From: a virus
Lineage: Duplodnaviria > Caudoviricetes
Strand: one strand, 5' to 3'
Length of the DNA stretch: 64,000 nt
Virus record (IMG/VR): IMGVR_UViG_3300042731_002921
Coordinates: 1-64,000 of that record
Under the pieces are notes generated by a model. That model ran no database searches. It was not told the DNA's origin and saw only the letters and a program-made list of their open reading frames with translations. The first letter of the stretch is position 1, and every line of letters begins with the position of its first letter. The translations under genes were made by a program, and so were the position numbers. Positions 1 through 10,089 of the stretch are shown in pieces.

Positions 1-298
1 TGAAGCTGCTCTTGCTATGCAAAGAGAAGATATTATTGCTGATTTAGAAGAAGCTTATGGTAGTGAAGCTAAGAGTATTATAGCATTACAAGAAGAACTT
101 TGGGCTTTACAAGATGCTAACGCTATTCTATCAGCAGAAAGAGAATTAGAAATTCAAATACTTGAAGCTCAAGGTAACACTGAAGCTGCTCTTGCTATGC
201 AAAGAGAAGATATTATTGCTGATTTAGAAGAAGCTTATGGTAGTGAAGCTGATAGCATTATAGCATTACAAGAAGAACTTTGGGCTTTACAAGATGCT
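1..298 (+). repeat. 180-bp-period tandem repeat inside the tape-measure ORF
   Basis: Positions 1-118 recur almost identically at 181-298 (AMQREDIIADLEEAYGSEA...LWALQDA). Confidence 0.95.
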
Positions 299-1498
299 AC
301 TGAAGCATTAGAAGAAGCCGAAGCAGAAAGAGAATCCGCAGCCCAAAATTACCTATCAGCATTAGAAGATGAATTAGCAATACTTGAAGGTAATTTAGAT
401 GATGCTAAAGGTGTATATTTAGATTTACTTAATGATGAATTAAATGCACAAGAAGAACTTGCATCTTCTTTAGAATCAGCAATAGAGAATATACAAGATT
501 TTAGAAAAGAATTAGAATTTAACTATGACTTAGAGGAACCTTTAGATATTCAAGCAAGTTTATTAAAAGAACAAACTGAGATTATTGAAGGTATACTAAG
601 TGGTGATGTTGATTCTGTTTCAGATTTAATTTCTATTTCTAAAGATTATTTAGATGTTACTAAAGGTCTAAGTAAATCTGAAACAGATTATGCAATTGAA
701 GTAGCTAAAACTAATATTAAAATGTCAAATGTTGAAGATTCTTTAAGCGATCAATTAACAGAAGCTGAACAACAAATTGAGTTATTTAGCAGTTTAATAG
801 ATGAAGTTAATGGTGTTTCCAATGATATATTGAGTCTCGAAGAAGCTGAAGCTGCTTATCAAGATGCAAAAACAGAGTTAGATAATAACTGGTATACGGA
901 TGAGATTGAGATGCTTAATGATTTACTTTATAGTAATGAGGGACTTGAAGAACTTTTAGCAGATTTTATTACTTGGAATATAGCAGCTATTGAAGCTGGT
1001 GGTGAAGGTGCTGCTGGATTTGAAGAAGAAACATCATATGCACAAAGCCTCGCTGATGCTGCTGAAATTTATTATAATATAGAATTAGGGACTGCTCCTG
1101 GCCTTGATATTTTTGAAGCAATGCAATTAATTGGTGTTCTTAATGCAGATATCTTAAGAGAAGAAATCGGGTATACTGGTGATGTTGAGGAATTAAAAGA
1201 AAGATTTGGTTTTGCTACTGGTGGTAGCTTTGAAGTACAAGGTGAATCAGGTAGAGATGCATTAGCATTGCCAGGGTTAAGAGTAACTGCTGGTGAAATT
1301 GTTAATATCTCAAGACCTGATACTATGGATAGTTTATCATCAGCAATAAATTATTTATTAGAAGAATTAAAAAATCTTCGATCTGATCAGAGAGCGCAGG
1401 CTCTTGCTATTGTTAGGTTGCTACAGGATATAGATGACAACACTGATTATTTAGAATTATGGGATGAGATAGGTATGCCCCAGGAGCAAACTGCATGA
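17..1498 (+). CDS. C-terminal part of probable tail tape-measure protein (begins upstream of the window)
   Basis: Ala/Glu/Leu-rich helical sequence with 60-aa repeats; C-terminal GFATGG motif common in tape measures; stop overlaps the ATG of the next tail gene. Confidence 0.6.
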   Translation: MQREDIIADLEEAYGSEAKSIIALQEELWALQDANAILSAERELEIQILEAQGNTEAALAMQREDIIADLEEAYGSEADSIIALQEELWALQDATEALEEAEAERESAAQNYLSALEDELAILEGNLDDAKGVYLDLLNDELNAQEELASSLESAIENIQDFRKELEFNYDLEEPLDIQASLLKEQTEIIEGILSGDVDSVSDLISISKDYLDVTKGLSKSETDYAIEVAKTNIKMSNVEDSLSDQLTEAEQQIELFSSLIDEVNGVSNDILSLEEAEAAYQDAKTELDNNWYTDEIEMLNDLLYSNEGLEELLADFITWNIAAIEAGGEGAAGFEEETSYAQSLADAAEIYYNIELGTAPGLDIFEAMQLIGVLNADILREEIGYTGDVEELKERFGFATGGSFEVQGESGRDALALPGLRVTAGEIVNISRPDTMDSLSSAINYLLEELKNLRSDQRAQALAIVRLLQDIDDNTDYLELWDEIGMPQEQTA

Positions 1499-2556
1499 AA
1501 TTAATTATTCCAACTACAATAACTGATGCTTATTTTACATCTACTAATGTAGATGAAACTATAAGTACACTATGGAGTTCTGGTTCTACATACGCAGATG
1601 GGGATTTTGTTTATCTTGCTACAGGTACTCAAAGAGATATCTATGAATCACTTCAAGATAGTAATACAAATAAAAATCCTGCGACAGAAACTGACTGGTG
1701 GGTTTTTAGATCAACTACGTATGATGAATACTCAGCAGTTGCAACTTATGCAGAAGATGATATTGTAATTGATGCAACTGCACATAAAGTATACCAATCA
1801 TTGCAGGGGAGTAATACTGGTAATGCTTTAACTGATATTCTTTGGTGGATAGAAATAAGCAGTACAAATCCATGGAAAGCTTTTGATGCTAAAATAAATA
1901 GTCAAACTGAGAGGACAGGTTCTATCTATTATGAATTGGAACCAGGTATTATAGAAGGAATTTCTTTTTTCAATGTAGATGCTAATTCTATTGATATTGT
2001 CTTAACTGACCCAACTGAAGGGGAAGTTTATAACGAAACAATTGATTTAATTAACACAGAAAATGTATTCGATGGTTATTCTTATTGTTTTGCTCCTATT
2101 CTTACTACAGACACTACATTTAAAACGGATATACCGCCTTATGGTTCTGCAACATTAGAAATAACAATAAGTGCTGCATCTGATTCTGAAATTGTAAAAA
2201 TTGGGGAGATTGTTTTAGGTAGAATGTTACAATTCGGTGAATCAGTAGAGTATGGCGCTAATTTTCAAATAAAAGATTTTAGTATAAAAACTCAAGATGA
2301 TTTTGGGAATTATACAATAACTGAAAGATCATATTCAAATAAAATTAATTATAATTTAGTAGTTGAGAATGAACTCATATCTTATTTAAAACAGATATTA
2401 GAGGATTATAGAGCCACACCTTTAGTGTGTATACCAACTGAAGCTGAGTTTGTAAGTTCACCATTAGTCACTTATGGGTACTATAAAGATGCTAAAACTT
2501 CGATAGATTATTTTACGCATTCTATTTTAACAATTACATGGGAAGGTTTGATATAA
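1495..2556 (+). CDS. Tail tip/distal tail-like protein with two small carbohydrate-binding-like repeats
   Basis: Directly follows the tape measure; duplicated W/YxxxxTYxxxDxV...YxSLQxSNT...WW modules (CBM5/12-like). Confidence 0.5.
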   Translation: MKLIIPTTITDAYFTSTNVDETISTLWSSGSTYADGDFVYLATGTQRDIYESLQDSNTNKNPATETDWWVFRSTTYDEYSAVATYAEDDIVIDATAHKVYQSLQGSNTGNALTDILWWIEISSTNPWKAFDAKINSQTERTGSIYYELEPGIIEGISFFNVDANSIDIVLTDPTEGEVYNETIDLINTENVFDGYSYCFAPILTTDTTFKTDIPPYGSATLEITISAASDSEIVKIGEIVLGRMLQFGESVEYGANFQIKDFSIKTQDDFGNYTITERSYSNKINYNLVVENELISYLKQILEDYRATPLVCIPTEAEFVSSPLVTYGYYKDAKTSIDYFTHSILTITWEGLI

Positions 2557-3323
2557 TGACTATTACAACGGATCTTGAACCTGTACCTTCAAGGCAAAGT
2601 CCAAGTACTTTTTCAGAAAGAATGGATACATGGTTAGGTAAAATATCAACATGGACATCAGAAGCCAATTCTACTGCAAGTGATGTTAATACTGATGCAG
2701 CTAATGCAAGTACATCAGCGTCTAATGCTGCTTCTTCAGAAACCAATGCACAAGCTGCACAAACCGCAGCAGAGAGCGCAAGTAATGCAACATCATGGTC
2801 AAGTGTAACTACTTATGATGCTGGTGATGTTGTATATGGTACTGACTCAAGATCATACAGATCATCTCAAGATAGTAATACGAATCATAATCCAGTTGGT
2901 GATGATGGAACTTGGTGGGTTTTACTTGGTGGAATACAGAATGGTGACCCATTGGATATGCAAGATTCATTACTTACAAGACCAAAATTAAAAGACTATT
3001 CTGAAGTAATTAATGTATTAGGTGATCTCGCAGGAGGAACTGATGATATTGATTTAGAGGATGGTAATGTTGTAACTGCTACTGTTTCAACAGCAACGCA
3101 AACATTTACTTTTAGTAATCCAGCAGCTACTGGGAGTAATTGTGGTTTTACTCTGTTCCTTACAAATGGAGGGTCACAGACGATCAATTGGCCTGCAAGT
3201 GTTGATTGGGTAGATGCAACTGCACCTACTCTAACAGCAGCAGGTATTGATGTTCTTGTTTTCACAACTAATGACGCTGGAACTACTTGGTATGGCTTTG
3301 TTGTTGGATTGGATGTGAAATAA
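2556..3323 (+). CDS. Tail fibre/tail accessory protein
   Basis: TAATG coupling to the previous gene; Ala/Ser-rich coiled segment, a third CBM-like module, and a C-terminal WPASVDW...APTLT...WYG domain typical of tail proteins. Confidence 0.55.
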   Translation: MTITTDLEPVPSRQSPSTFSERMDTWLGKISTWTSEANSTASDVNTDAANASTSASNAASSETNAQAAQTAAESASNATSWSSVTTYDAGDVVYGTDSRSYRSSQDSNTNHNPVGDDGTWWVLLGGIQNGDPLDMQDSLLTRPKLKDYSEVINVLGDLAGGTDDIDLEDGNVVTATVSTATQTFTFSNPAATGSNCGFTLFLTNGGSQTINWPASVDWVDATAPTLTAAGIDVLVFTTNDAGTTWYGFVVGLDVK

Positions 3324-5410
3324 TGACAATACTAACTAAAATGCTAATGGCAGCAGCAGGGCATGAGACTGAAATCTTACCTGAAGCAATTGATTTTGAT
3401 GGAACTAATGATTATTTGAGTCGTTCGAGTGATCTGGTTGGAAATACCGATTCAAAGACTTTTACTTTTAGTTGTTTTTTATATATATTCAGTGAGGCTA
3501 ATTCAACATGGGTGTACTCCACTGGGGAGGTAGGTAGTATCACATCTGAGTTTGCTATAAATTTTGAGTCTGCCATTTCTGGTATACGTATATTTGGTGG
3601 TAATAATAGGAATGTATTAGAGGTTCTTTACTCTGGGGTAACTAAGAATGTATTAAATTACGGTTGGAATCATTTACTTTTCTCGTATGATATGTCAAAT
3701 ACATCTTTAAGATCATTCTATCTAAATGATTCTTTAATTTCTACTGTAAGTTATTTAACATACACTAATAATGTAATACCTTTTACAAATAGTAATCATA
3801 GAATAGGAAATTATACTTATAGTGACAGTTATGAAAAATTTAAAGGCCGTTTCGCTCATGTCTTCCTCGACTATACATACCGTGACCTTTCAATAGAAGA
3901 TAACCGCAGACTATTCATAACTGATGATCTGAAACCAGCAAATGCATCAATATTAGCAGCGCTAAACCCTATTCTTTATATGCAAATGACCGATCCTGAT
4001 ACGGCTCATGTGAACAGCGGGACTGGTGGTGATTTTACTTTAAATGGTACTATTGCATTGAGTGAGAGAGGACCTAATCAGGATAATTGTGTGATGTCAG
4101 ATATGGATTCTTCAGCAGATTATTTATCAAAAACTGCTTTTATTCCAGATGGTAAAGTTTTCACTTGCTCATTCACATTAAGACCCACAACTAATTCATC
4201 AGAGGTTATAAAAGTCGGAAATCTTGATATTGATTTTTCAAGTGGAATTTTAAGAATAATATCAAGTGGAGTTTTAAATTTGCAGTCAACAAGCATTGTT
4301 GCATATGCTGGTAGAAATATAAGTGTTCAAATTTCTGTAGATATGTCTAATTCTTATGTTGTTATTGTCGATGGAGAGCAAATTACGATGACTCAGACAA
4401 CATATGTTGATAGCAATCTTGGATTAAACGGCGTTGTGGATATTGGCAAGTATGTTAATGGTACATTAGGAGAGATTTACTTTGATAATGTTTACTTAAA
4501 TTTATTAACAAATAATATATTTCTAACTAACAGCAATAAACCAAAGCCTGTTCGTCAAGTCTTAGATAAAACAGGAAACACTCCTTTGATTGCAATGCCT
4601 ATTGAAGCTTCTAATGCTGGATTAAATTTAGGAACTGGGGGGGATTTCACAGTCAATTCTGGACCTTATGTTGGTGCGAGAGGTGGGAGTGAGTTTTGGG
4701 CAAGGAGTGCAAAGTTTGATGGGAGCACGGGGTATTTAAATCGTTCAAGTTTGATAGGGATTTCTAATAGTAAATATATCAGTCTTGTTCTTTTTGTATC
4801 TCTCGACGCTTTGGGGTCATTTCGGAGATTATTTTGCATTAGTGGGAGTGGGAGCAGATATATAGATTTGTATGTAAATACATCTAATCAAGTTCAATTT
4901 ACTGCATCAACATATGATACGTCTTGGCATTCAGTAGGTCAAAACACTATATCCACAGCCCTCCCGTCTGCTAATACATATTATCCAATATTCCTATCTA
5001 TTGCTAATGAGTCTTCTTTTTCTGGATATTTTTCAGCGAATGGTGTTGAGGATACAACTTTTATAGCTACGGATATTTTAGATACAGCTATTGCTTTAAC
5101 AAACATGACAGGTAGTACAATCGCAGCTACTGAAACCCCAAGTCATTATGTTGATGGTAATCTTGGGTTTTTCTACTTCACAACAGACTACATAGACTTC
5201 TCAGACGAATCAAACCGCCTATTATTCGTAGATGCTCTTGGATATCCAACAGATTTACAAAAGAAAATTGATGATGGTGAAGTGCCAGAACCATTAATTT
5301 ACATGCCTTTTGATGATCCAGACGATCTTGGAAAGAATAATGGAACTGGCGGGGATTTCACAGTTAACGGAACAGTTACAGTTGGATCAGATGTTGATCC
5401 TAATGCATAG
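3323..5410 (+). CDS. Putative receptor-binding/tail fibre protein with repeated LamG (ConA)-like domains
   Basis: TAATG coupling; repeated FDGxxxYLxR starts and three GTGGDFTxN module ends; followed by a tail-fibre chaperone. Confidence 0.6.
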   Translation: MTILTKMLMAAAGHETEILPEAIDFDGTNDYLSRSSDLVGNTDSKTFTFSCFLYIFSEANSTWVYSTGEVGSITSEFAINFESAISGIRIFGGNNRNVLEVLYSGVTKNVLNYGWNHLLFSYDMSNTSLRSFYLNDSLISTVSYLTYTNNVIPFTNSNHRIGNYTYSDSYEKFKGRFAHVFLDYTYRDLSIEDNRRLFITDDLKPANASILAALNPILYMQMTDPDTAHVNSGTGGDFTLNGTIALSERGPNQDNCVMSDMDSSADYLSKTAFIPDGKVFTCSFTLRPTTNSSEVIKVGNLDIDFSSGILRIISSGVLNLQSTSIVAYAGRNISVQISVDMSNSYVVIVDGEQITMTQTTYVDSNLGLNGVVDIGKYVNGTLGEIYFDNVYLNLLTNNIFLTNSNKPKPVRQVLDKTGNTPLIAMPIEASNAGLNLGTGGDFTVNSGPYVGARGGSEFWARSAKFDGSTGYLNRSSLIGISNSKYISLVLFVSLDALGSFRRLFCISGSGSRYIDLYVNTSNQVQFTASTYDTSWHSVGQNTISTALPSANTYYPIFLSIANESSFSGYFSANGVEDTTFIATDILDTAIALTNMTGSTIAATETPSHYVDGNLGFFYFTTDYIDFSDESNRLLFVDALGYPTDLQKKIDDGEVPEPLIYMPFDDPDDLGKNNGTGGDFTVNGTVTVGSDVDPNA

Positions 5411-5420
5411 GAGATAAGAA

Positions 5421-6002
5421 ATGTCTTGGTATATCATAGCAGAAGACAGGAAAATTTCAGTTAAGGGACTTAGAAAATTTGTATTCCCATCAACACTTCC
5501 AGCGGTGATTAAGCCTGAAAATGTAATTGGTTTTGGTGTAGTTTGGTGTATTGAAAATTCGAAACCTGAATGTACAATAATTCAGAAAGTTATTGATTCA
5601 GGAGTTCAATTGATTGATGATGAATATCAACAAACTTGGGAAATTGTTGATAAGACAGAGCAAGAACTTGAAGCTTTAAAAAATCAAAGATTATCAGAAC
5701 TTGCGGCTTTACGCTATGAACATGAAACAGCAGGAATAACAGTTAACGGAGCAAATATAAAAACTGACAGGGAATCGCAAGCAATGATCACCGGAGCTTT
5801 TAATAGCATTCAGATATCTCCTTCGGTTGTTATAGATTGGAAATGTGAAAATGAATGGATTCAGCTTGATTATGATTCAATTGCTTTTATTGCTAAATCA
5901 GTTGGTGCACATGTCCAGGCTTGTTTTACACGCGAAAAAGAATTGGCAGCGTTGATTGATATTGACGTTGAAACTGATATCACAACAGGATGGCCTACAT
6001 AA
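5421..6002 (+). CDS. DUF4376-family tail fibre assembly-like protein
   Basis: LAALRYEHETAGITVNG..IKTDRESQ..ITGA...WK..N.W...HVQACF.RE signature. Confidence 0.8.
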   Translation: MSWYIIAEDRKISVKGLRKFVFPSTLPAVIKPENVIGFGVVWCIENSKPECTIIQKVIDSGVQLIDDEYQQTWEIVDKTEQELEALKNQRLSELAALRYEHETAGITVNGANIKTDRESQAMITGAFNSIQISPSVVIDWKCENEWIQLDYDSIAFIAKSVGAHVQACFTREKELAALIDIDVETDITTGWPT

Positions 6003-6022
6003 ATTTAAATCATGGAGTATTT

Positions 6023-7435
6023 ATGAAAAAATATATAGTTAGAGTAGATAATACAAGTGTAAGAGAAAATCTCATAAAAGTTTTTGAGAAAGTAGGTAAA
6101 CCAAGGGCATTTTTAAAAACTCTTATTGTGTCTACAAATAAGTCAAAAAGTATGTTGCAAAAATTTCCTGGTGTTATTTCTGTAGAAGATGATGAAAAGA
6201 TATATTTTTCTGATACCCAAGAAGACCCACCTAATTGGGCATTACCAGTTGTATGTAATGATACTAATAACTACATATATGATAAAACAGGTAAAAATGT
6301 AGATATCTATATAGTTGATAAAGGTGTCTTAGAAGGCCATGAAGAATTTAGAGATTCTAACGGTAATAGTAGAGTAGAAACAATTTATTCTCAGACGGGT
6401 AGTGATGTTCTATATACGGAGTATCATGGAACTGCATGTGCATCTCAAGCTGCTGGTAACACATGTGGTGTAGCTAAAGAAGCAAATATATTAAATGTAT
6501 GTGTGTGGTTTGATAATACATCTTATGTACTAAAAGCATTAGATAGATTATTGGAGCATCATTTAGCAAAAACAAATGGAAACCCTTCAATTGTAAGTAT
6601 GAGTTTTGGGTCTACTAACACTGAGTTTCTTAAAGATGAAATTCAAGAATTAGTAAATAATGGAATTATTTGTGTTGCAAGCGCACATAATTTTAACCAA
6701 GAATTTAGTACAGCACCTGCTTGTCATAGTCATGTAATATCAGTTGGGGCTACTGATCAAAATAATACAATAACTTCTTTTTCTAATTATGGACCTACGA
6801 TAGATATACTATCACCAGGATATGGGAATTTATGCGCTGATCTTGACGGTTATAATTATTCAAGCTATGGATATTACTATGGCACAAGTTTTTCTTGCCC
6901 ATTAGTAGCAGGTGTGTTGGCATTGATTGCAGAAGGAAGAAGTATAAGGAATATTGTTGATGTTGAGATAGTGACATCTATTTTATTGAATCATGCAAGA
7001 CAAGAAGCAATCATTACACAAGAGAAAGAAGGAACAACAAAGAGATTACTGTATAGCTTAGTCCCAACGGATTATTATAGGGTATTTTTATCAGAGAATG
7101 AAAAAAATGTAAATATTACTGATAGCGGTATTAAAATATACGGAAGTAGCGGAAATGAGAGTATTAATGTTTTTCCTGATGTTGTTGGTGTCCGTGTATG
7201 TGGATTTATTGAAGAAGCATTTTTTCATTTCCCTATTACAAATTACAAGTTTTTACAGAGAATGAAAACACTATTTATATATTATAATGACCTATTAGTT
7301 ATTGATATTCCAATAGAAAATGAATTGAAGTTGATATTTGATAAACAGTATTTAGCTAAATTAATTGATAATAGGATCTACATTGGTGATGAAATCGTAT
7401 CTATAATAAAGCCAGAAGCATTACAAGGAATATAG
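6023..7435 (+). CDS. Subtilisin-like S8 serine peptidase with N-terminal prodomain and extra C-terminal domain
   Basis: Catalytic triad motifs YIVDKG, YHGTACAS and GTSFSCPLVAG; SNYG motif. Confidence 0.9.
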   Translation: MKKYIVRVDNTSVRENLIKVFEKVGKPRAFLKTLIVSTNKSKSMLQKFPGVISVEDDEKIYFSDTQEDPPNWALPVVCNDTNNYIYDKTGKNVDIYIVDKGVLEGHEEFRDSNGNSRVETIYSQTGSDVLYTEYHGTACASQAAGNTCGVAKEANILNVCVWFDNTSYVLKALDRLLEHHLAKTNGNPSIVSMSFGSTNTEFLKDEIQELVNNGIICVASAHNFNQEFSTAPACHSHVISVGATDQNNTITSFSNYGPTIDILSPGYGNLCADLDGYNYSSYGYYYGTSFSCPLVAGVLALIAEGRSIRNIVDVEIVTSILLNHARQEAIITQEKEGTTKRLLYSLVPTDYYRVFLSENEKNVNITDSGIKIYGSSGNESINVFPDVVGVRVCGFIEEAFFHFPITNYKFLQRMKTLFIYYNDLLVIDIPIENELKLIFDKQYLAKLIDNRIYIGDEIVSIIKPEALQGI

Positions 7436-7846
7436 ATGTATTTACCTAAATATTTTTCATTAAATGAATGTTTCCCTCCTGATTTTCCTAAATCGTGGAA
7501 GTATTTTGATGAGCGTATTTTAATATCTGCTGATAAATTAAGAGAGACTTTTGGTGCATTATGGTGCAATGGAAATGGATTAACTCAGTGTGGATTTAGA
7601 ACTAACGGATCAGTAACTTCACAGCACAGATTTGGGAGAGCATTGGATCTTCATTCTAATAAATATAGTTCAGAAGAAATGAGAAAGTACATTATTAGAA
7701 ATAGAGAAATGTTTCCTTATATAAAGTTTTTAGAACTTTCTGTTAGTTGGCTGCATATTGACTGTAGAAACTCTGCTTTTCAGTTATGGTGCAAAAAGCG
7801 TGGTTTTATCTCAGAAGATATCTACCTAACAACAGGAGATATATAA
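7436..7846 (+). CDS. Peptidase M15-family protein, candidate endolysin
   Basis: GFR...SQHRFGRALD...WLHID zinc-ligand pattern. Confidence 0.8.
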   Translation: MYLPKYFSLNECFPPDFPKSWKYFDERILISADKLRETFGALWCNGNGLTQCGFRTNGSVTSQHRFGRALDLHSNKYSSEEMRKYIIRNREMFPYIKFLELSVSWLHIDCRNSAFQLWCKKRGFISEDIYLTTGDI

Positions 7847-7918
7847 CTCTGTTGACAAATCTGCTTTATGTATTAATATTTTACAACAATACTAATTATT
7901 TTAATATAAAGGAGAGTT

Positions 7919-8638
7919 ATGTCAAAAAGAGTAAAGGTTTGTGTAAAAACAAATCAATCTGAGTATTATGTTTGGAGTAACATGAAAAACAGATGTCTGA
8001 ACAAGAAAAGTGATGATTATAAATATTATGGTGGACGTGGTATTTATATCTACAGTCAGTGGTTATCTTTTAAAAACTTTTATAAAGATATGGGTGTCAG
8101 GCCATCACACAAGCATCAATTAGATAGGATTGATAATAATGGCCCTTATGCTCCTTGGAATTGTAGATGGGCTACAAGAAAACAAAACATGAGAAACACA
8201 AGTAGAAACCATTTAATTACTTTCCAAAATAAAACACAAACAATGGTTGAGTGGTCAGAAGATACTGGTATTACATATACAACATTGAGAGCAAGAATTC
8301 GTAACGGTTGGTCATCAGAGGACGCTCTTACAACACCAATAGGTGAGACTATTGTAAATAGAAGAAAGAATAATATAAACTTTACTATTGAAGATTACCC
8401 TGATATCACAGGGGTTACATTTCGTAAAAGTCGGTGGTCTTGGGTAGCATGACTCGCTGTTGATGGTAAAATGACATATCTTGGCAGTTCTACAGATTTT
8501 AACAAAGCTGTATTTATTAGGTATACAGCAGAAGTTAATAATAATTGCGTACAAGTAGGAGAGAAATCCGCATATGTTTATTTAAAAACCAAAAATCTTC
8601 TTGATGATGAATTTGATTTAAAAACAGGAAATAGATAA
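7919..8638 (+). pseudogene. HNH-AP2 homing endonuclease interrupted by an in-frame TGA at 8450-8452
   Basis: HNH (LDRIDNNGPYAPWNCRWAT); the frame stays open for 61 codons past the TGA, completes the AP2 domain and ends in TAA overlapping the next ATG. Confidence 0.8.
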
Positions 8639-9204
8639 TGGATAAAAAGCTCTATAAAATAGCTATTGAATTTTTAAAGAAATCCTATACTAATCATATT
8701 AAGTCAAACAATACTACTCAATGGAGTTCTTATACAACTTATTATAACAAACAGAAATTACAGGTTTTAGCAATACCTGGAACTAATGAAGCCCTTGATT
8801 GGTTCTGGAATTGTTTACTATTACAAAAAGATAGTGTTAAATTAGGATCTTATATAAGTGCTAAAAGAATCCTAAGTGGTTTTATAAGAACACCAGATAC
8901 TCCTTTACTTATCTCATGCCATTCAAAGTCAGGACCAACTGGTATTTATTTACAAGAATTATTAAATGCTGAGTATTGTATTGCTTTTTGTCCAGCCAGA
9001 GGGTTCAAAGATGAAAAAGAGAATTTAAATACAGTAATGTTTATTGATAAAGATGATGTTGTTCCTAAAATCGGATGGAGTATATTTAAACATAGAAAAT
9101 GTAAAACTATCTATTTACCTGATGATAAAGAAGTTTTGGATATTAAAGGAATAGTGAACGATCATCTATTAGATCATATGGAGGAGTTCATAGAAAAAAT
9201 ATAA
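8638..9204 (+). CDS. Class-3 lipase-like alpha/beta hydrolase
   Basis: LAIPGTN..DW, CHSKSG nucleophile elbow (variant of GHSLGG), IAFCPAR and DDVVP motifs in lipase-3 order. Confidence 0.65.
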   Translation: MDKKLYKIAIEFLKKSYTNHIKSNNTTQWSSYTTYYNKQKLQVLAIPGTNEALDWFWNCLLLQKDSVKLGSYISAKRILSGFIRTPDTPLLISCHSKSGPTGIYLQELLNAEYCIAFCPARGFKDEKENLNTVMFIDKDDVVPKIGWSIFKHRKCKTIYLPDDKEVLDIKGIVNDHLLDHMEEFIEKI

Positions 9205-9209
9205 AATAG

Positions 9210-9237
9210 TTGACATTCTAAAAATTAGTGTTACTAT
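9210..9237 (+). promoter_or_regulatory. sigma70-type promoter for the HTH gene
   Basis: TTGACA-N16-TACTAT upstream of the AGGAG RBS. Confidence 0.6.
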
Positions 9238-9290
9238 TATTCCTTGTATATTAATTTATGCAGGGAATTTTTATTTTAGGAGACTATGCC

Positions 9291-10058
9291 ATGAATGAAA
9301 TACTAATACCTTCTCAAACTTTTAATGAGCCTTTTAATAAAGTTCTGAATAAGATTGATGGTGTAATAACAAAGACAGAAAGAAAGCTTCTTATTCTTTT
9401 TGAAGGCTATTGCTACAAAGATGGCCTTATATTTCCAAAGCAAAAGACAATAGCTTATAAGCTTGGTATCTCTAAAAGACAGGTTATTCGTGTTATTAAA
9501 TCATTACAGGACAAGATGTTCATTAAGGTTAATCCATCTAATCTTTTGGATCGTCATCTATATGGAAAGGGCAATTCTTATCATCTTTTAGATCATTCTG
9601 TGTACCAAGATTCTAAAAAAATATTGTCTTCAATGTCACATGAAATGTCATCTGAAACAGGTGATGTATCCTTTATAGAAAATAAATTAATTAAACATAA
9701 GAGCGGTTCAGATTTTGATATTGTTGAGTTTTTAAAAAAGAATCAAACCAAACATCATCAAGCTATCATTGATGCTTTGAATGCTTTAACTGCAAGATGG
9801 CCTTCAATTAAAAATCCTATGAATTATGCAAATAAGATTATTTCTGTTCAGTCTGGAAACTATAATGCTTCTGATTATGAACAACAAGCAGCTCAAGAAA
9901 CTAAAGAAATAAACGCAGGATATGTTAAAATAGTCCAAGAAATCGGTTTTGACCTTGAGTCTATAGATAGACATCAGAAAGAAGAAACAACGCAAGAAAT
10001 AGCTAAAAGACTTAATGATCAACGCAACAAGATTTTTGAAATGTTTGGTAAAGATTAG
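9291..10058 (+). CDS. Winged-helix HTH protein, replication-initiator-like
   Basis: FPKQKTIAYKLGISKRQVIRVIKSLQDKMFI helix-turn-helix followed by a wing (GKGNSYHL). Confidence 0.6.
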   Translation: MNEILIPSQTFNEPFNKVLNKIDGVITKTERKLLILFEGYCYKDGLIFPKQKTIAYKLGISKRQVIRVIKSLQDKMFIKVNPSNLLDRHLYGKGNSYHLLDHSVYQDSKKILSSMSHEMSSETGDVSFIENKLIKHKSGSDFDIVEFLKKNQTKHHQAIIDALNALTARWPSIKNPMNYANKIISVQSGNYNASDYEQQAAQETKEINAGYVKIVQEIGFDLESIDRHQKEETTQEIAKRLNDQRNKIFEMFGKD

Positions 10059-10060
10059 TA

Positions 10061-10089
10061 TTGACTTCTGTTAAATATTTTTATACTAT
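10061..10089 (+). promoter_or_regulatory. sigma70-type promoter at the start of the replication region
   Basis: TTGACT-N17-TACTAT. Confidence 0.65.

Noticed and set aside
3323-5410. Diversity-generating retroelement target
   Set aside because: No reverse transcriptase and no adenine-specific TR/VR pair seen in the window.
8450-8452. Genome-wide TGA recoding
   Set aside because: TGA is used as a real stop overlapping the next start elsewhere (1498, 13660, 46982); only one interrupted gene was seen.
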